Positions 50,803-60,668 of a stretch of DNA of 64,000 nucleotides are shown one piece after another. How positions within the stretch are numbered: position 1 is the first letter of the stretch; each line of letters begins with the position of its first letter. Position numbers and translations under genes: made by a program. Under the pieces are notes generated by a model. The model did no database searches. It was not told the origin of the DNA and saw only the letters and a program-made list of their open reading frames with translations. The stretch spans positions 32,580-96,579 of the forward strand of contig JABDMC010000201.1 in the NCBI GenBank assembly GCA_013001695.1, written 5' to 3'. Origin of the DNA: Akkermansiaceae bacterium (lineage in GTDB: Bacteria > Verrucomicrobiota > Verrucomicrobiia > Verrucomicrobiales > Akkermansiaceae).

Positions 50803-51446
50803 AGCTTCGGTTGCCGCGACCGGTGGTTGGCGCGGATGCGTTCGAGGACCTCCCCGGCGCCCTCGCCGTTGTCGCCGGCGCCCGCCTCGAGCCGTTCCGG
50901 GTCACGCCGCACCCGCCGCGATTGCCTCTTGAGGATTCTCGTCATGCGCTCCACGACCACCTCGGTGGCCCGGAGGTAGTGCCCCTGCAGGAGAAACGGG
51001 TGCGCCGCGGAGAGCGCCGTGAAGGTCAGGTCGTCGTCGAGAAAGGGCTGCAGCAGATAGCCGAAGCTGATCCCCGCCGACTTGCCGCCGACATCGACGC
51101 TCAGGAGGATCCCCCCTTCGTTCGGGCGGGAGACGTCGACGTCCTCGAACGCCCCCCGGTTCAGCAGCCAGAAGCCGAATTGCCGGAGGCTCGGCAGCTC
51201 CCGGAAGGTGCCGAAATACACCGCGAAAAACAACTGCGGGAACTTCCGCTGGAAGTCGGCCAGGGCGCGCTCCGCGGCCTCGCGCTCCCGCTTCCGCATC
51301 ACCCCGGCCGCGTCGGTCAGGCATTTCAAGCGGACCTCCTGCTCCCCGAACACCCGGTCGACATCGGCAATGTCGAACCCGCAGTGCGGACACTGCATGG
51401 CGGAACGGTGCACGCGCTGCACGCAGCGCGGACACTTCATCACCAT
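50799..51446 (-). CDS. zinc-ribbon plus TPM-like domain protein
   Basis: ATG 51446: MVMKCPRCVQRVHRSAMQCPHCGF (CxxC...CxxC), then CLTDAAGVMRKREREAAERALADFQRKFPQLFFAVYFG. The longer track ORF (start 51905) overlaps the aldo/keto reductase gene and is rejected. Confidence 0.5.
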   Translation of the reverse strand: MVMKCPRCVQRVHRSAMQCPHCGFDIADVDRVFGEQEVRLKCLTDAAGVMRKREREAAERALADFQRKFPQLFFAVYFGTFRELPSLRQFGFWLLNRGAFEDVDVSRPNEGGILLSVDVGGKSAGISFGYLLQPFLDDDLTFTALSAAHPFLLQGHYLRATEVVVERMTRILKRQSRRVRRDPERLEAGAGDNGEGAGEVLERIRANHRSRQPKL

Positions 51447-51526
51447 GCTGGAGAGCTTGCGGGCCCTCCGGAACTTCCTCAACGATCGGAGGTAGCGGCT
51501 CTTCTGGAGAATTTTCGCGCGGTTCC

Positions 51527-52642
51527 TCACCAATTCTCGCCCAGTCCGTAGCGCTCCGCCAGGGCGAGCAGGTCCGGCCGCATGGGCCATTCGTCCGGCC
51601 GGGCGCTGACCTCGTGGCGCCGGCTGGCCCCCTTCAGCGGCATGCAGCCGGTGTTGTCCCCGATGGCCCGGATCTCCTCGACTTCCGCGGCGCTCAGGCG
51701 CACGTCCGGCAGGGCCGCATACTCCCGGATCTGGTCCTCGATCGGCCGGGCGTCGTCCCCCGCTTCCTGGATGAAGGTCGGCACCACGCATTCCACGGGG
51801 CCGTGGGAGAGATTCCACACGCACGCGAACTGCAGGAGCGTCAGCCCGTGCTTGTCGGCCATCGGTTTCATCTTCCGGATCTTCTCGTAGCCGGCCTCCA
51901 CCCATCCGTCCGGCCGGTAGGCGCGGTGGTCGCCGTCACGGAAGTGGTGGCCGGGCGTCATCACGCCGTGAAACATGCCGCCGTAGTCGACGACCCGCGT
52001 CAGGATCTTCACCCCGTTCTTCTCCGCGGCCGGCAGGACGTGTTGCCCGGGCCACGGCTCCAGCGGATTCAGGATGATCATGGCCCAGTCGATCACTTCC
52101 CCGAAGTGCTCGAGGCAGTAGATGAGGTCGAGGGTGAACCCGTTGGCCGGTCCGGGCGCCACCCCGAGGCGCTGGGCCATCCCCTCGGCCTTCAGGGCCC
52201 CGAGACCGTCCCAGACTTCCGTCATGGTGTACCCGCGCTCGTCGGGATTGTGGAGCAGGAGGAGGTCGAAGTGGTCCGTCCGGCAATTGGTGAGGGACTT
52301 CTCGCACGCCTCGCGCAGGAACTGCCGGTAGTCGAGCGGCGTGCGGAGATCGGGATCGGTGAAGCGCGGATATCCGGCGCTCCCCTGCCGGGTGCCCTTG
52401 TAGAAATCGTGGCCGATGGTGCCGACGAGGCAATAGCTGTCGCGGGGGTAGTCGGCGAGGGCCTCGCCGAGGGCGGCGTCCGCCTTGCCCTGGCCGTAGA
52501 CGTCGGCCGTCACGAAGGTCCGCACCCCGCTTTCATAGGCGAGCCGGATGCAATCCAGGTAGCGCTTCTCCTCGAGCACCTCCCCGAAGTGCATGAAGCG
52601 TCCCCCGCTCCATGTTCCGTAGGCTGTCTGCGTCACGTTCAT
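51527..52642 (-). CDS. aldo/keto reductase family oxidoreductase
   Basis: 371 aa. ...RLAYESGVRTFVTADVYGQGKADAALGEAL..., ...DLLLLHNPD.... Confidence 0.8.
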   Translation of the reverse strand: MNVTQTAYGTWSGGRFMHFGEVLEEKRYLDCIRLAYESGVRTFVTADVYGQGKADAALGEALADYPRDSYCLVGTIGHDFYKGTRQGSAGYPRFTDPDLRTPLDYRQFLREACEKSLTNCRTDHFDLLLLHNPDERGYTMTEVWDGLGALKAEGMAQRLGVAPGPANGFTLDLIYCLEHFGEVIDWAMIILNPLEPWPGQHVLPAAEKNGVKILTRVVDYGGMFHGVMTPGHHFRDGDHRAYRPDGWVEAGYEKIRKMKPMADKHGLTLLQFACVWNLSHGPVECVVPTFIQEAGDDARPIEDQIREYAALPDVRLSAAEVEEIRAIGDNTGCMPLKGASRRHEVSARPDEWPMRPDLLALAERYGLGENW

Positions 52643-52860
52643 GGTCTCTGCAGTTGGCTAAACCCGCTTGCGGCCCCCGTCAATCCCGACCGGTGCGCCC
52701 CCTGCCCCCGCAGGCTAGGGGCCGATCGATTCGCTGCCCAGCCTCACTTGCTCACATTTGCGGCCCCCGGCCGCCCGCGGGCCCCCTCCCCGGACCGCTT
52801 CCTTGAGCTCGGCGCGATCCGCGGTATGGATCGGGTCCGCCGCGAGAGCGTGGCGGACTC

Positions 52861-55320
52861 ATGCCGGCCCCCACCCTCCAGAACCCCGCCGCGCGCGTCC
52901 GGCCCGTCTTCGACCGGCGGGGGTGGTCCCCCTTTCCCTTCCAGGAGGACGCCTGGCGGGCGTATCTCGCCGGGGAATCGGGTCTCCTCCACGCCCCCAC
53001 CGGCCTCGGGAAGACCCTCGCGGCCTTCCTCGGACCGGTCGCGGAGGGGATGGACCGCCTCGACCCGGACGATGCGCAGGCCCCGGCGACGGTCCTGTGG
53101 ATCACCCCCCTGCGGGCCCTCGCGGCGGACACCCTCGGCAACCTGCGGGCCCCGCTCGTCGACCTCGGGCTCCGCTGGGAAGTGGGAGCCCGCACCGGCG
53201 ACACCTCCTCCTACCGCCGGGCGAAGTTGCGGGAGCGGCTCCCCTTCTGTCTCGTCACCACCCCCGAGAGCCTCTCGCTGATGCTCACCTACCCCGACTT
53301 TCGGGAGAAGCTCGCCGGCCTGCGCTGCGTGGTGGCCGACGAATGGCACGAGTTGCTGGGCACCAAGCGGGGGGTCCAGACCGAACTCTGCCTGGCCCGC
53401 TTGCGGCGGTGGTTTCCGGAGCTCCGCACCTGGGGGCTCTCCGCCACCATCGGCAACCTGCACGAAGCGGCCCGCGTCCTGTCGCCCGACGCGCCGCTGA
53501 CCACCATCAGCGGCGATCTCGAGAAGGAGATCCGCATCGACACCCTCCTGCCGAAGGAAATCGGCCGCTTCCCGTGGTCGGGCCACATCGGGACGAGCCT
53601 CCTCAAGGAGGTCGCCGCCGAGATCGCCAAGGCGCGCACCACCCTGCTCTTCACCAACACGCGTTCGCAGACCGAGATCTGGCACCGCGAGCTTTCGGAG
53701 ATCATGGACGACCCCGGCCGCGATCTCGCCGTGCACCACGGGTCGCTCGACCTCGAGGAACGCCGGGCCGTGGAAGCGCGCCTGCGCGAGGGGTCGGTGC
53801 GCTGCGTGGTGTGCACCTCCTCGCTCGATCTCGGCGTCGATTTCTCGCCGGTCGACCAGGTCATCCAGCTCGGAAGCCCGAAGGGCGTGGCCCGCCTCCT
53901 CCAGCGGGCCGGCCGGTCCGGCCACCAGCCCGGGGCGGTGAGCCGCATCCTGTGCGTCCCGACCCAGGCGCTCGAGCTCGTCGAGTTCGCCGCGACCCGT
54001 GACGCCATCGGGGCGCGCCACCTCGAGGCGCGCATCCCCCTGCGCCACCCGCTCGACGTCCTCGTCCAGCACCTCCTGACGGTCGTCATCGGCCAGCCCG
54101 ACGCGCCCGGCGACCTCCGCCGCGAGGTCGAATCGACCCACGCCTTCCAGGGGCTGGCCGACGATGATTGGGAGTGGGCCCTGGCCTTCATCACCACCGG
54201 CGGCCGGGCCCTCGCGGCCTACCCGAACTACCGCAAGGCCCGCCTCGAGGATGGGAAACTCACCGTCCCCGACAAGCGCCACATCCAGTTGCACCGCATG
54301 TCGATCGGCACCATCACGAGCGACCTCGCCGTGACGGTGCGCTTCGCCAGGGGGCCGACCCTCGGCACCGTCGAGGAGGGATTCGTGGCGCGCATGAGGC
54401 CGGGGACCCACTTCATCTTCGCGGGCCGCCTCCTCGAGCTGGTGCGGTTCCGGAACCAGGTCGCCACGGTGAAGCCGCCCAGCCGCCGGAATCGCGGCGA
54501 GGTGCCGATCTGGGGCGGGGCCAAGATGCCGCTCTCCAACGAACTGGCCGCCGCGGTGGCGCAACGCCTGCAACGCCCCCCCGCCGAAACCCCGGAGACC
54601 GAGCGGGTGGCGCCGATCCTGGCGATCCAGAGATCGTGGTCGGAGTTGCCGTCGCGCGAGACCCTCCTCGTCGAGCACGCCCGTTCCCGGGAGGGCGAGC
54701 ACCTCTTTGTCTTCCCCCTCGCGGGCCGCCTCGTGCACGAAGGACTCGGAACCCTCGCCGCGCACCGCCTCACGGAATCATCCGGGGCCACCATCCAGGT
54801 CACCATGAACGACTACGGATTCGGCCTGCACTCCAACCGCCCGCTGCCGCTCGACGAGGACACCCTGCGCCGCGCCTTCTCGCCGGAGGACCTGTTGGAC
54901 GACCTCCTCGCCTGCCTCAACACCGCCGAGCTGGCGCGGCGGCATTTCCGGGAAGTGGCCCGCGTCGCCGGTCTCGTCGTCCAGAATTTCCCGGGCCGCC
55001 GGCGCACGACCCGCGACCTCCAGGCCTCGTCGTCGCTGCTCTTCGACGTCTTCCGCAACTACGATCCGCAGAACCTCCTCCTCCAGCAGGCCGAGCGCGA
55101 GATTCTCGAACATCAACTGGAACTCACCCGCCTCAAGACCACCATGCGCGAACTCGAGACCCGCCCGCTGCGTCTCGTCGAGACGAAACGCCTCACTCCC
55201 CTCGCCTTCCCGCTCTGGGCGGAGCGCCTCTCCGCCAACACCACCGGCAAGGACTACGCCACCCGCCTCGCCGCCATGCTCGAGGAACTCGAACAGGCCG
55301 CCGGTTCCGGCCGGGAGTGA
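52861..55320 (+). CDS. lhr: Lhr-like DEXH-box helicase (ligase-associated DNA damage response helicase type)
   Basis: 819 aa. Motif I HAPTGLGKTLAAFL. Motif II VVADEWHELLG (DEWH). Motif VI LLQRAGRSGH. Long C-terminal Lhr-core-type region. Confidence 0.85.
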   Translation: MPAPTLQNPAARVRPVFDRRGWSPFPFQEDAWRAYLAGESGLLHAPTGLGKTLAAFLGPVAEGMDRLDPDDAQAPATVLWITPLRALAADTLGNLRAPLVDLGLRWEVGARTGDTSSYRRAKLRERLPFCLVTTPESLSLMLTYPDFREKLAGLRCVVADEWHELLGTKRGVQTELCLARLRRWFPELRTWGLSATIGNLHEAARVLSPDAPLTTISGDLEKEIRIDTLLPKEIGRFPWSGHIGTSLLKEVAAEIAKARTTLLFTNTRSQTEIWHRELSEIMDDPGRDLAVHHGSLDLEERRAVEARLREGSVRCVVCTSSLDLGVDFSPVDQVIQLGSPKGVARLLQRAGRSGHQPGAVSRILCVPTQALELVEFAATRDAIGARHLEARIPLRHPLDVLVQHLLTVVIGQPDAPGDLRREVESTHAFQGLADDDWEWALAFITTGGRALAAYPNYRKARLEDGKLTVPDKRHIQLHRMSIGTITSDLAVTVRFARGPTLGTVEEGFVARMRPGTHFIFAGRLLELVRFRNQVATVKPPSRRNRGEVPIWGGAKMPLSNELAAAVAQRLQRPPAETPETERVAPILAIQRSWSELPSRETLLVEHARSREGEHLFVFPLAGRLVHEGLGTLAAHRLTESSGATIQVTMNDYGFGLHSNRPLPLDEDTLRRAFSPEDLLDDLLACLNTAELARRHFREVARVAGLVVQNFPGRRRTTRDLQASSSLLFDVFRNYDPQNLLLQQAEREILEHQLELTRLKTTMRELETRPLRLVETKRLTPLAFPLWAERLSANTTGKDYATRLAAMLEELEQAAGSGRE

Positions 55321-55368
55321 TCGACCCCGGCGCCGGGACTCAACAGCGACTACCAGCGCTTCCCCACA

Positions 55369-56022
55369 ATGCATCTTACTCTCTGCGGCTCCCCGTGCAT
55401 CCTCCTTGCGGAGCACGCCCTGCTCGCCGGGGAGGCCCTGATCCTCGCCGACACGCACTTCGGGAAGTCGGCCGCCTTCCGGGCCCGGGGCATCCCGATC
55501 CCGGAGGGGGACACCGTCGCCGACACGGCCCGCATCCACGCCCTCGTCGAGCGGCACGCGCCGCGCGAACTGGTCATCGCCGGCGACTTCCTGCACGCCG
55601 CGGACGGCAAGACCGAGGAGGTCCTCAGCGTCCTCGGGGCCTTCTTCGCCGCCCTCCCCTGCCCGGTGCGCCTCGTCCTCGGCAACCACGACCGGCGCGC
55701 GGGGAACCTGCCGTCCGACTGGTCGGCCGACATCCACGACCGTTACGACCTCGGGGACCTCACCGTCGTCCACGACCCCCGCCACGCCCCGCCGGAGCGC
55801 TTCACGATCTGCGGCCACCTGCACCCCGCGGTGCGCATCAGGGACGGCCGGAACACCGGTTTCCGCAGCCCGTGCTTCTGGCTGCGCGAGGCCGAACAGC
55901 AACTCATCCTTCCCGCCTTCGGGACCTTCACCGGCGGCCAGGTCATCCGCCCGGCCGATGCGGACCGCCTCTTCGCCCCCCTCCGCGACGGGGTGGTGGA
56001 ACTCCCCGCCGCGGTGCTCTAA
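55369..56022 (+). CDS. pdeM: metallophosphoesterase PdeM (ligase-associated DNA damage response endonuclease type)
   Basis: 217 aa. ...LILADTHFGK..., ...LVIAGDFLH..., ...LVLGNHDRR..., ...ICGHLHP.... It lies directly downstream of lhr. Confidence 0.75.
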   Translation: MHLTLCGSPCILLAEHALLAGEALILADTHFGKSAAFRARGIPIPEGDTVADTARIHALVERHAPRELVIAGDFLHAADGKTEEVLSVLGAFFAALPCPVRLVLGNHDRRAGNLPSDWSADIHDRYDLGDLTVVHDPRHAPPERFTICGHLHPAVRIRDGRNTGFRSPCFWLREAEQQLILPAFGTFTGGQVIRPADADRLFAPLRDGVVELPAAVL

Positions 56023-56258
56023 GGCGCGAAGCGTCGTTCGGACTGCGGCAAGCAATTGCCGCTTTGCGGCGGGCGCATGCGAAGGAGCGCCGCGGAATGG
56101 AGCCAATCACGACACCCTCGCTGCCATCAACCGCCCCCGGAGGAACACGGTTTCCGCCCCGGCCGGGCTCGTCCCGGTCGAGCGCAAGGTCGTGATTCCG
56201 GGCCGCGGCGAGCCGCCGAGACGGGCTGCCACGGGCCGCGGCAGCCACGGGTTCATGA

Positions 56259-56687
56259 TCACTTCAGGAACCGGATCGTCATCGGGTAGCGGTAGAATTC
56301 CCCTTCCTTGGCCTTCAGGCCGGCGATGATGGGGAGGATGATCACGAAGACGAGCCAGACAACACCCACCAGGAGCAGGATCGGAATCCCGATCAGGATG
56401 GCGAGCAGGAAGGTGCCGATGGCCCCGCCGACCGTCATGTAGATGCTGGCCGAAATCTGGCAGTTGACGGCTTCCTTGCCGTGGCGATCGACTTCCGGCA
56501 GCTCGTCCTTCTTGAGGACCCACAGGATCAGCGGCCCGACGAGATTGCCGTAGGGAATGATCAAGCCGGCCAGGGCGGCGAGGTGGGTGAACATCGCCCA
56601 CTGGTTCTCGGTGACCGACTGCGAAGCGGGCGCCGGAGAGGCGGCTTGCGGAGCGGGCGCTTGGTCCTGTGGCTGTTCTTCACTCAT
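56259..56687 (-). CDS. DUF4870-like small membrane protein
   Basis: ATG 56687: MSEEQPQDQ...ENQWAMFTHLAALAGLIIPYGNLVGPLILWVLKKDELPEVDRHGKEAVNCQISASIYM.... This matches the remembered DUF4870 pattern (W..L.HLs...G.lGPLi.W..kkd...v..hgkeaLNFqIs). Confidence 0.65.
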   Translation of the reverse strand: MSEEQPQDQAPAPQAASPAPASQSVTENQWAMFTHLAALAGLIIPYGNLVGPLILWVLKKDELPEVDRHGKEAVNCQISASIYMTVGGAIGTFLLAILIGIPILLLVGVVWLVFVIILPIIAGLKAKEGEFYRYPMTIRFLK

Positions 56688-56830
56688 AGCATGCGTTATA
56701 CGGTTCCCATCGAAGAGAACGAGCGCATTCTCCGGCATTTTTCACCGGCCCGCCGCCGCTTCCCGCCGCGGAGGGCACGACCCCGGACCTTGCGCCCGGC
56801 CGGCCCGGCGATCGCCGGCGCCGGTGTAAC

Positions 56831-58354
56831 CTACTCCCACTCAATCGACGCCGGGGGCTTCGTCGAGACGTCGTAGAGGACGCGGTTCACCCCGGGCACC
56901 TCGTTCAGGATCCGGTGGCTGGTCTCGCGCAGAATCGCGTAGGGCAGCTCCACCCAGTCGGCGGTCATGGCGTCCTCGCTGACCACCGCGCGCAGGCTCA
57001 CGGCCCACTCGTAGCTCCGCTCGTCGCCCTTCACCCCCACGGTCTTCACCGGGACGAGGGCCGCGTAGGCCTGCCAGACCTTGTCGTACCAGTTGTGGTC
57101 CTTCAGGCGGCTGATGAAGATGGCGTCGCTTTCGCGGATGATCTCGAGCTTCTTCGCCTCGATCGCCCCGGGACACCGCACCGCCAGGCCGGGACCGGGG
57201 AACGGGTGCCGGTGCACGATGTCGTGGGGAATTCCCAGCGACATCCCGAGGGCCCGCACCTCGTCCTTGAACAACTCGGAAAGCGGCTCGAGCACCTTCC
57301 CCTGCGCCTGCAACTCGAGGATGCGGTCCACGCGGTTGTGGTGGGTCTTGATCTTGGAGGCCTTCGACGAGGCGTTGGAGGCGCTTTCGATGACGTCCGG
57401 ATACAGCGTCCCCTGGGCGAGCAATTCGGCATCGCCCACCGAATCCCAGAAGACGTCGATGAAGAGGTTCCCGATGATCTCGCGCTTCTTCTCCGGGTCG
57501 TCCACCCCGGCGAGCTTGCCGAGAAAGAGGTCCGCGGCCTCCACGGTCTCGATCTCGACGCCCATCCGGTGGAAGTTGTTGCGGACCTCGTCGCCCTCGT
57601 CCTTCCGCAGCAATCCGTGATCGACGAAGATGGCCCGCATCTTCACCCCGGCCTCGTGGAGGAGCACCGCCAGGACGGTGCTGTCCACCCCGCCGCTCAC
57701 CCCGCACACCACCTGCCGGTCCCCGACGTCCCGCCGGATCCCCTCCAGCATCTCGCGCTTGAAATCCTCGATGCGGAACTCCTGCAGGCCGTCGGCCTGC
57801 AGCAGGAAGTTGTGCAGGATCCGCAGGCCCTCGTGGCTGTGGGTCACCTCCGGGTGGAACTGGATGCCGAAAAAGCGCTCTCCCCACTTCAAGCTCACCG
57901 CCGTCCCGTGCTGGTTGCGGGCGATGACCTCCGCGCCGTCCGGGAGGTCCTGGACGGTGTCGGAATGGCTCATCCACACCTGCGATTCATGCGATATCCC
58001 CTCGTAGAGACCGGTGGCCTCCGCCGGGACGAGCATCGCGGGCCCGTACTCCCGCCGGTCGCTGGCCTCCACGCTCCCCCCGAACTTGATGTTCAGCAAC
58101 TGCATCCCGTAGCACACCCCGAGGACCGGCACGCCGTAGCTTTGCAGGCGCTCGAAATCGATGTCCGGGGCATCCGGCTCGCTGGTGCTCTTCGGCCCGC
58201 CGGACAGGATGATGGCCCCCGGCTCCCCCATCGCGGCGAACTCCTCGAGCGGATACAACTTCGCGAAGAACCCCAGCTCCCGCACCCGCCGGACGATCAG
58301 CTGGGCGTACTGCGAACCGAAATCCACTACCGCCACGTGCCGCTTTTCCTCCAT
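56831..58354 (-). CDS. guaA: GMP synthase (glutamine-hydrolysing)
   Basis: 507 aa. GATase domain ...PVLGVCYGMQLL.... ATP-PPase motif ...VCGVSGGVDSTV.... C-terminus ...KPPASIEWE. Confidence 0.94.
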   Translation of the reverse strand: MEEKRHVAVVDFGSQYAQLIVRRVRELGFFAKLYPLEEFAAMGEPGAIILSGGPKSTSEPDAPDIDFERLQSYGVPVLGVCYGMQLLNIKFGGSVEASDRREYGPAMLVPAEATGLYEGISHESQVWMSHSDTVQDLPDGAEVIARNQHGTAVSLKWGERFFGIQFHPEVTHSHEGLRILHNFLLQADGLQEFRIEDFKREMLEGIRRDVGDRQVVCGVSGGVDSTVLAVLLHEAGVKMRAIFVDHGLLRKDEGDEVRNNFHRMGVEIETVEAADLFLGKLAGVDDPEKKREIIGNLFIDVFWDSVGDAELLAQGTLYPDVIESASNASSKASKIKTHHNRVDRILELQAQGKVLEPLSELFKDEVRALGMSLGIPHDIVHRHPFPGPGLAVRCPGAIEAKKLEIIRESDAIFISRLKDHNWYDKVWQAYAALVPVKTVGVKGDERSYEWAVSLRAVVSEDAMTADWVELPYAILRETSHRILNEVPGVNRVLYDVSTKPPASIEWE

Positions 58355-58394
58355 GTCGCTTGCCTGTCTGGATCGCTCGCCCCGGTGCCGGGGG

Positions 58395-59852
58395 TCAGGT
58401 CGCGATCGGTTGGTAGTTCGTCGGCTCCTGGGTGATGACGACGTCGTGGGCGTGGCTTTCGCGCAATCCGCCCGGGGTGATTCGCACGAACTCGGCCCTG
58501 GCGCGCAGCTCGGCGAGGTTCTCCGCGCCGACGTATCCCATCCCGGAGCGCAGCCCGCCCATCAGCTGGTAGACCACCTCCGACAGCGGCCCCTTGTAGG
58601 GCACGCGGCCCTCCACGCCCTCCGCCACGAGCTTGCCCGGGGCGCCCTGGCCGTAGCGGTCCCCGGCGCCCTTCATCATGGCGCCCAGCGAGCCCATCCC
58701 GCGGTAGGTCTTGAACCGCCGTCCCTGGAAATGGACCGTCTGTCCCGGGCTCTCGCGCGTCCCGGCCAGCAGCGACCCGAGCATCACCATGTCGGCGCCC
58801 GCCGCGAGGGCCTTCACGATGTCCCCGGAGTAGCGGATCCCGCCGTCGGCGATCACCTTCACCCCGTTCTCCCGGCACCAGTCGGTGACGTTCCGGATGG
58901 CGGTGAACTGCGGCATGCCCACCCCCGCGATGACGCGCGTCGTGCAGATCGACCCGGGGCCGACCCCGACCTTGACGGCGCTCACCCCGGCGGCGGCGAG
59001 ATCCTTGGCGCCCTGTTCGGTCACGACGTTTCCGGCCACCACCGGCCGGTCCGTCATCCCGCGCAGCTCCTCGAGGACCCCCAGGACCGTGGCGGTGTGC
59101 CCGGTGGCCGCATCGATGAACAGCGCGTCGGCCCCGGCTTCCACCAGGGCCGCGGCCCGCTCGCGCCACTCGGCGCCCACCCCGATGGCCGCCCCGCAAC
59201 GCAGTTGCCCGTTGGGATCCTTGGCGGCGTCCGTGAAGGTGATGCGCTTCTCGATGTCGGCCCCGGTGATCAGGCCCGCCAGGCGTCCCGCCGCATCGAC
59301 CAGCGGCAGCTTCTCGATGCGGTTGTCATAAAGAACGCGCCGCGCCTCTTCGAGGCTGGTGTCCGGCGGCGCCGTGACGAGACGCTCGAGGGGTGTCATC
59401 ACGTCCTCCACCCGCGCCGCTTCGTTGTCGTAGTGCCGGATGTCCCTTCCGGTCACCATCCCCTCGAGCCGTCCCTCGCCATTCACCACCGGGAAGCCCG
59501 AGAACCCCTGCGCTTCCATGATCCCCTTGACCTCCGCGATGCTCATCTCCTTGCGGACCGTGAGGGGGTCGTGGATCACGGCGCTTTCCGAACGCTTGAC
59601 GCGCGCCACCATGGCGGCCTGCTCCTCGATGGTGCAGGCCCGGTGGATCACGCCGATCCCGCCTTCCCGCGCCAGGGCGATGGCCAGTTCCGATTCCGAA
59701 ACGGTGTCCATCGCGGCGGACACCACCGGGATCTTCAGGGCGATTTCCTCCGTCAGGCCGGTGGCAAGGTCGGCCGCGGTCGGCAGGACCTCGCTCTTTC
59801 GTGGAACCAGCAGGACGTCGTCAAAGGACAGCCCCAAAGTCAAATCCGCCAT
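58395..59852 (-). CDS. guaB: IMP dehydrogenase
   Basis: ATG 59852: [22 protein letters not shown].... CBS pair. Catalytic loop ...[21 protein letters not shown].... The track start 59876 is GTG. Confidence 0.93.
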   Translation of the reverse strand: MADLTLGLSFDDVLLVPRKSEVLPTAADLATGLTEEIALKIPVVSAAMDTVSESELAIALAREGGIGVIHRACTIEEQAAMVARVKRSESAVIHDPLTVRKEMSIAEVKGIMEAQGFSGFPVVNGEGRLEGMVTGRDIRHYDNEAARVEDVMTPLERLVTAPPDTSLEEARRVLYDNRIEKLPLVDAAGRLAGLITGADIEKRITFTDAAKDPNGQLRCGAAIGVGAEWRERAAALVEAGADALFIDAATGHTATVLGVLEELRGMTDRPVVAGNVVTEQGAKDLAAAGVSAVKVGVGPGSICTTRVIAGVGMPQFTAIRNVTDWCRENGVKVIADGGIRYSGDIVKALAAGADMVMLGSLLAGTRESPGQTVHFQGRRFKTYRGMGSLGAMMKGAGDRYGQGAPGKLVAEGVEGRVPYKGPLSEVVYQLMGGLRSGMGYVGAENLAELRARAEFVRITPGGLRESHAHDVVITQEPTNYQPIAT

Positions 59853-59936
59853 GGGCAAGTCAATAGACCGCGCCACCGATACGCAAGCGCAATTGCCCTC
59901 GCGGCCCCCGGACTTATTCCCACCCCCCGGCGAGGG

Positions 59937-60548
59937 TCACACCACGCGGAGGGGAGCGGGAACCATGACGACCTTCATGCCCGCCGCCTGGGCCGCGAGC
60001 AACCCGGGTTGGGCGTCCTCGATGGCGAGACATCGGCCCGGCTCGACCCCGATCCGTCGCGCCGCTTCGAGGAAGATGTCGGGCGCCGGCTTGCCGCGCG
60101 GCACGTCTTCGGAGGTCACCACTTCGTCGAAGAGATCGCTCAGCCCGACGGCCTGCAGGGTCTTCTCGGCACCGAGGCGGGTCGAGCCGGTGGCCACCCC
60201 GAGCGGCACCTTCCCGTACTGCGCGCGGGCAAAGGTCACGACCTCTTCGTGGAGGATGACGCGATCGAGGCTCGCGAGGTAGGCTTCCCGCTTCGCGTAA
60301 CAGACCGCCTCCGGGTTGAGGTTCAGACCGTGCTCACCATTCAACTCCACCACGATGTCCTTGGTCGGCATGCCCCCCATCGCGTAAAATACGTCCTCCG
60401 GAAAGATCCCCCCCGCGCCGTGGGCCTCGAGGGCCCGGCACCAGGCCTCGAAATGCGCCGGCATCGAATCGACCAGCGTTCCGTCGAGATCGAATATCAG
60501 TCCATCAAAACCGTTGTCGGGAAAAACAATGCGTTGCTCGGGCTCCAT
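59937..60548 (-). CDS. HAD-IA family hydrolase (beta-phosphoglucomutase-like)
   Basis: Motif I GLIFDLDGTLVDS. ...VATGSTR.... ...CLAIEDAQPGLLAAQAAGMKVV. The start is ambiguous (ATG 60548 or 60581). Confidence 0.75.
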   Translation of the reverse strand: MEPEQRIVFPDNGFDGLIFDLDGTLVDSMPAHFEAWCRALEAHGAGGIFPEDVFYAMGGMPTKDIVVELNGEHGLNLNPEAVCYAKREAYLASLDRVILHEEVVTFARAQYGKVPLGVATGSTRLGAEKTLQAVGLSDLFDEVVTSEDVPRGKPAPDIFLEAARRIGVEPGRCLAIEDAQPGLLAAQAAGMKVVMVPAPLRVV

Positions 60549-60668
60549 GCGCGGAATGGCATGGTTTTTCCTTGGCTCCATTGCAAGCCCTTAACTTCCC
60601 CGAACTTGAAAATTTCCCCGCATTTCAAGCGCCGGATCCGGCCCCGGGCCGCGATGACCCCCTCGGGA

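Noticed and set aside
51447-51905. N-terminal 153-aa extension of the zinc-ribbon/TPM ORF (track ORF 50799..51905)
   Set aside because: The extension is Arg/Gly/Pro-rich. It overlaps the well-supported aldo/keto reductase gene on the same strand in another frame. The zinc-ribbon ATG at 51446 gives a sensible N-terminus.
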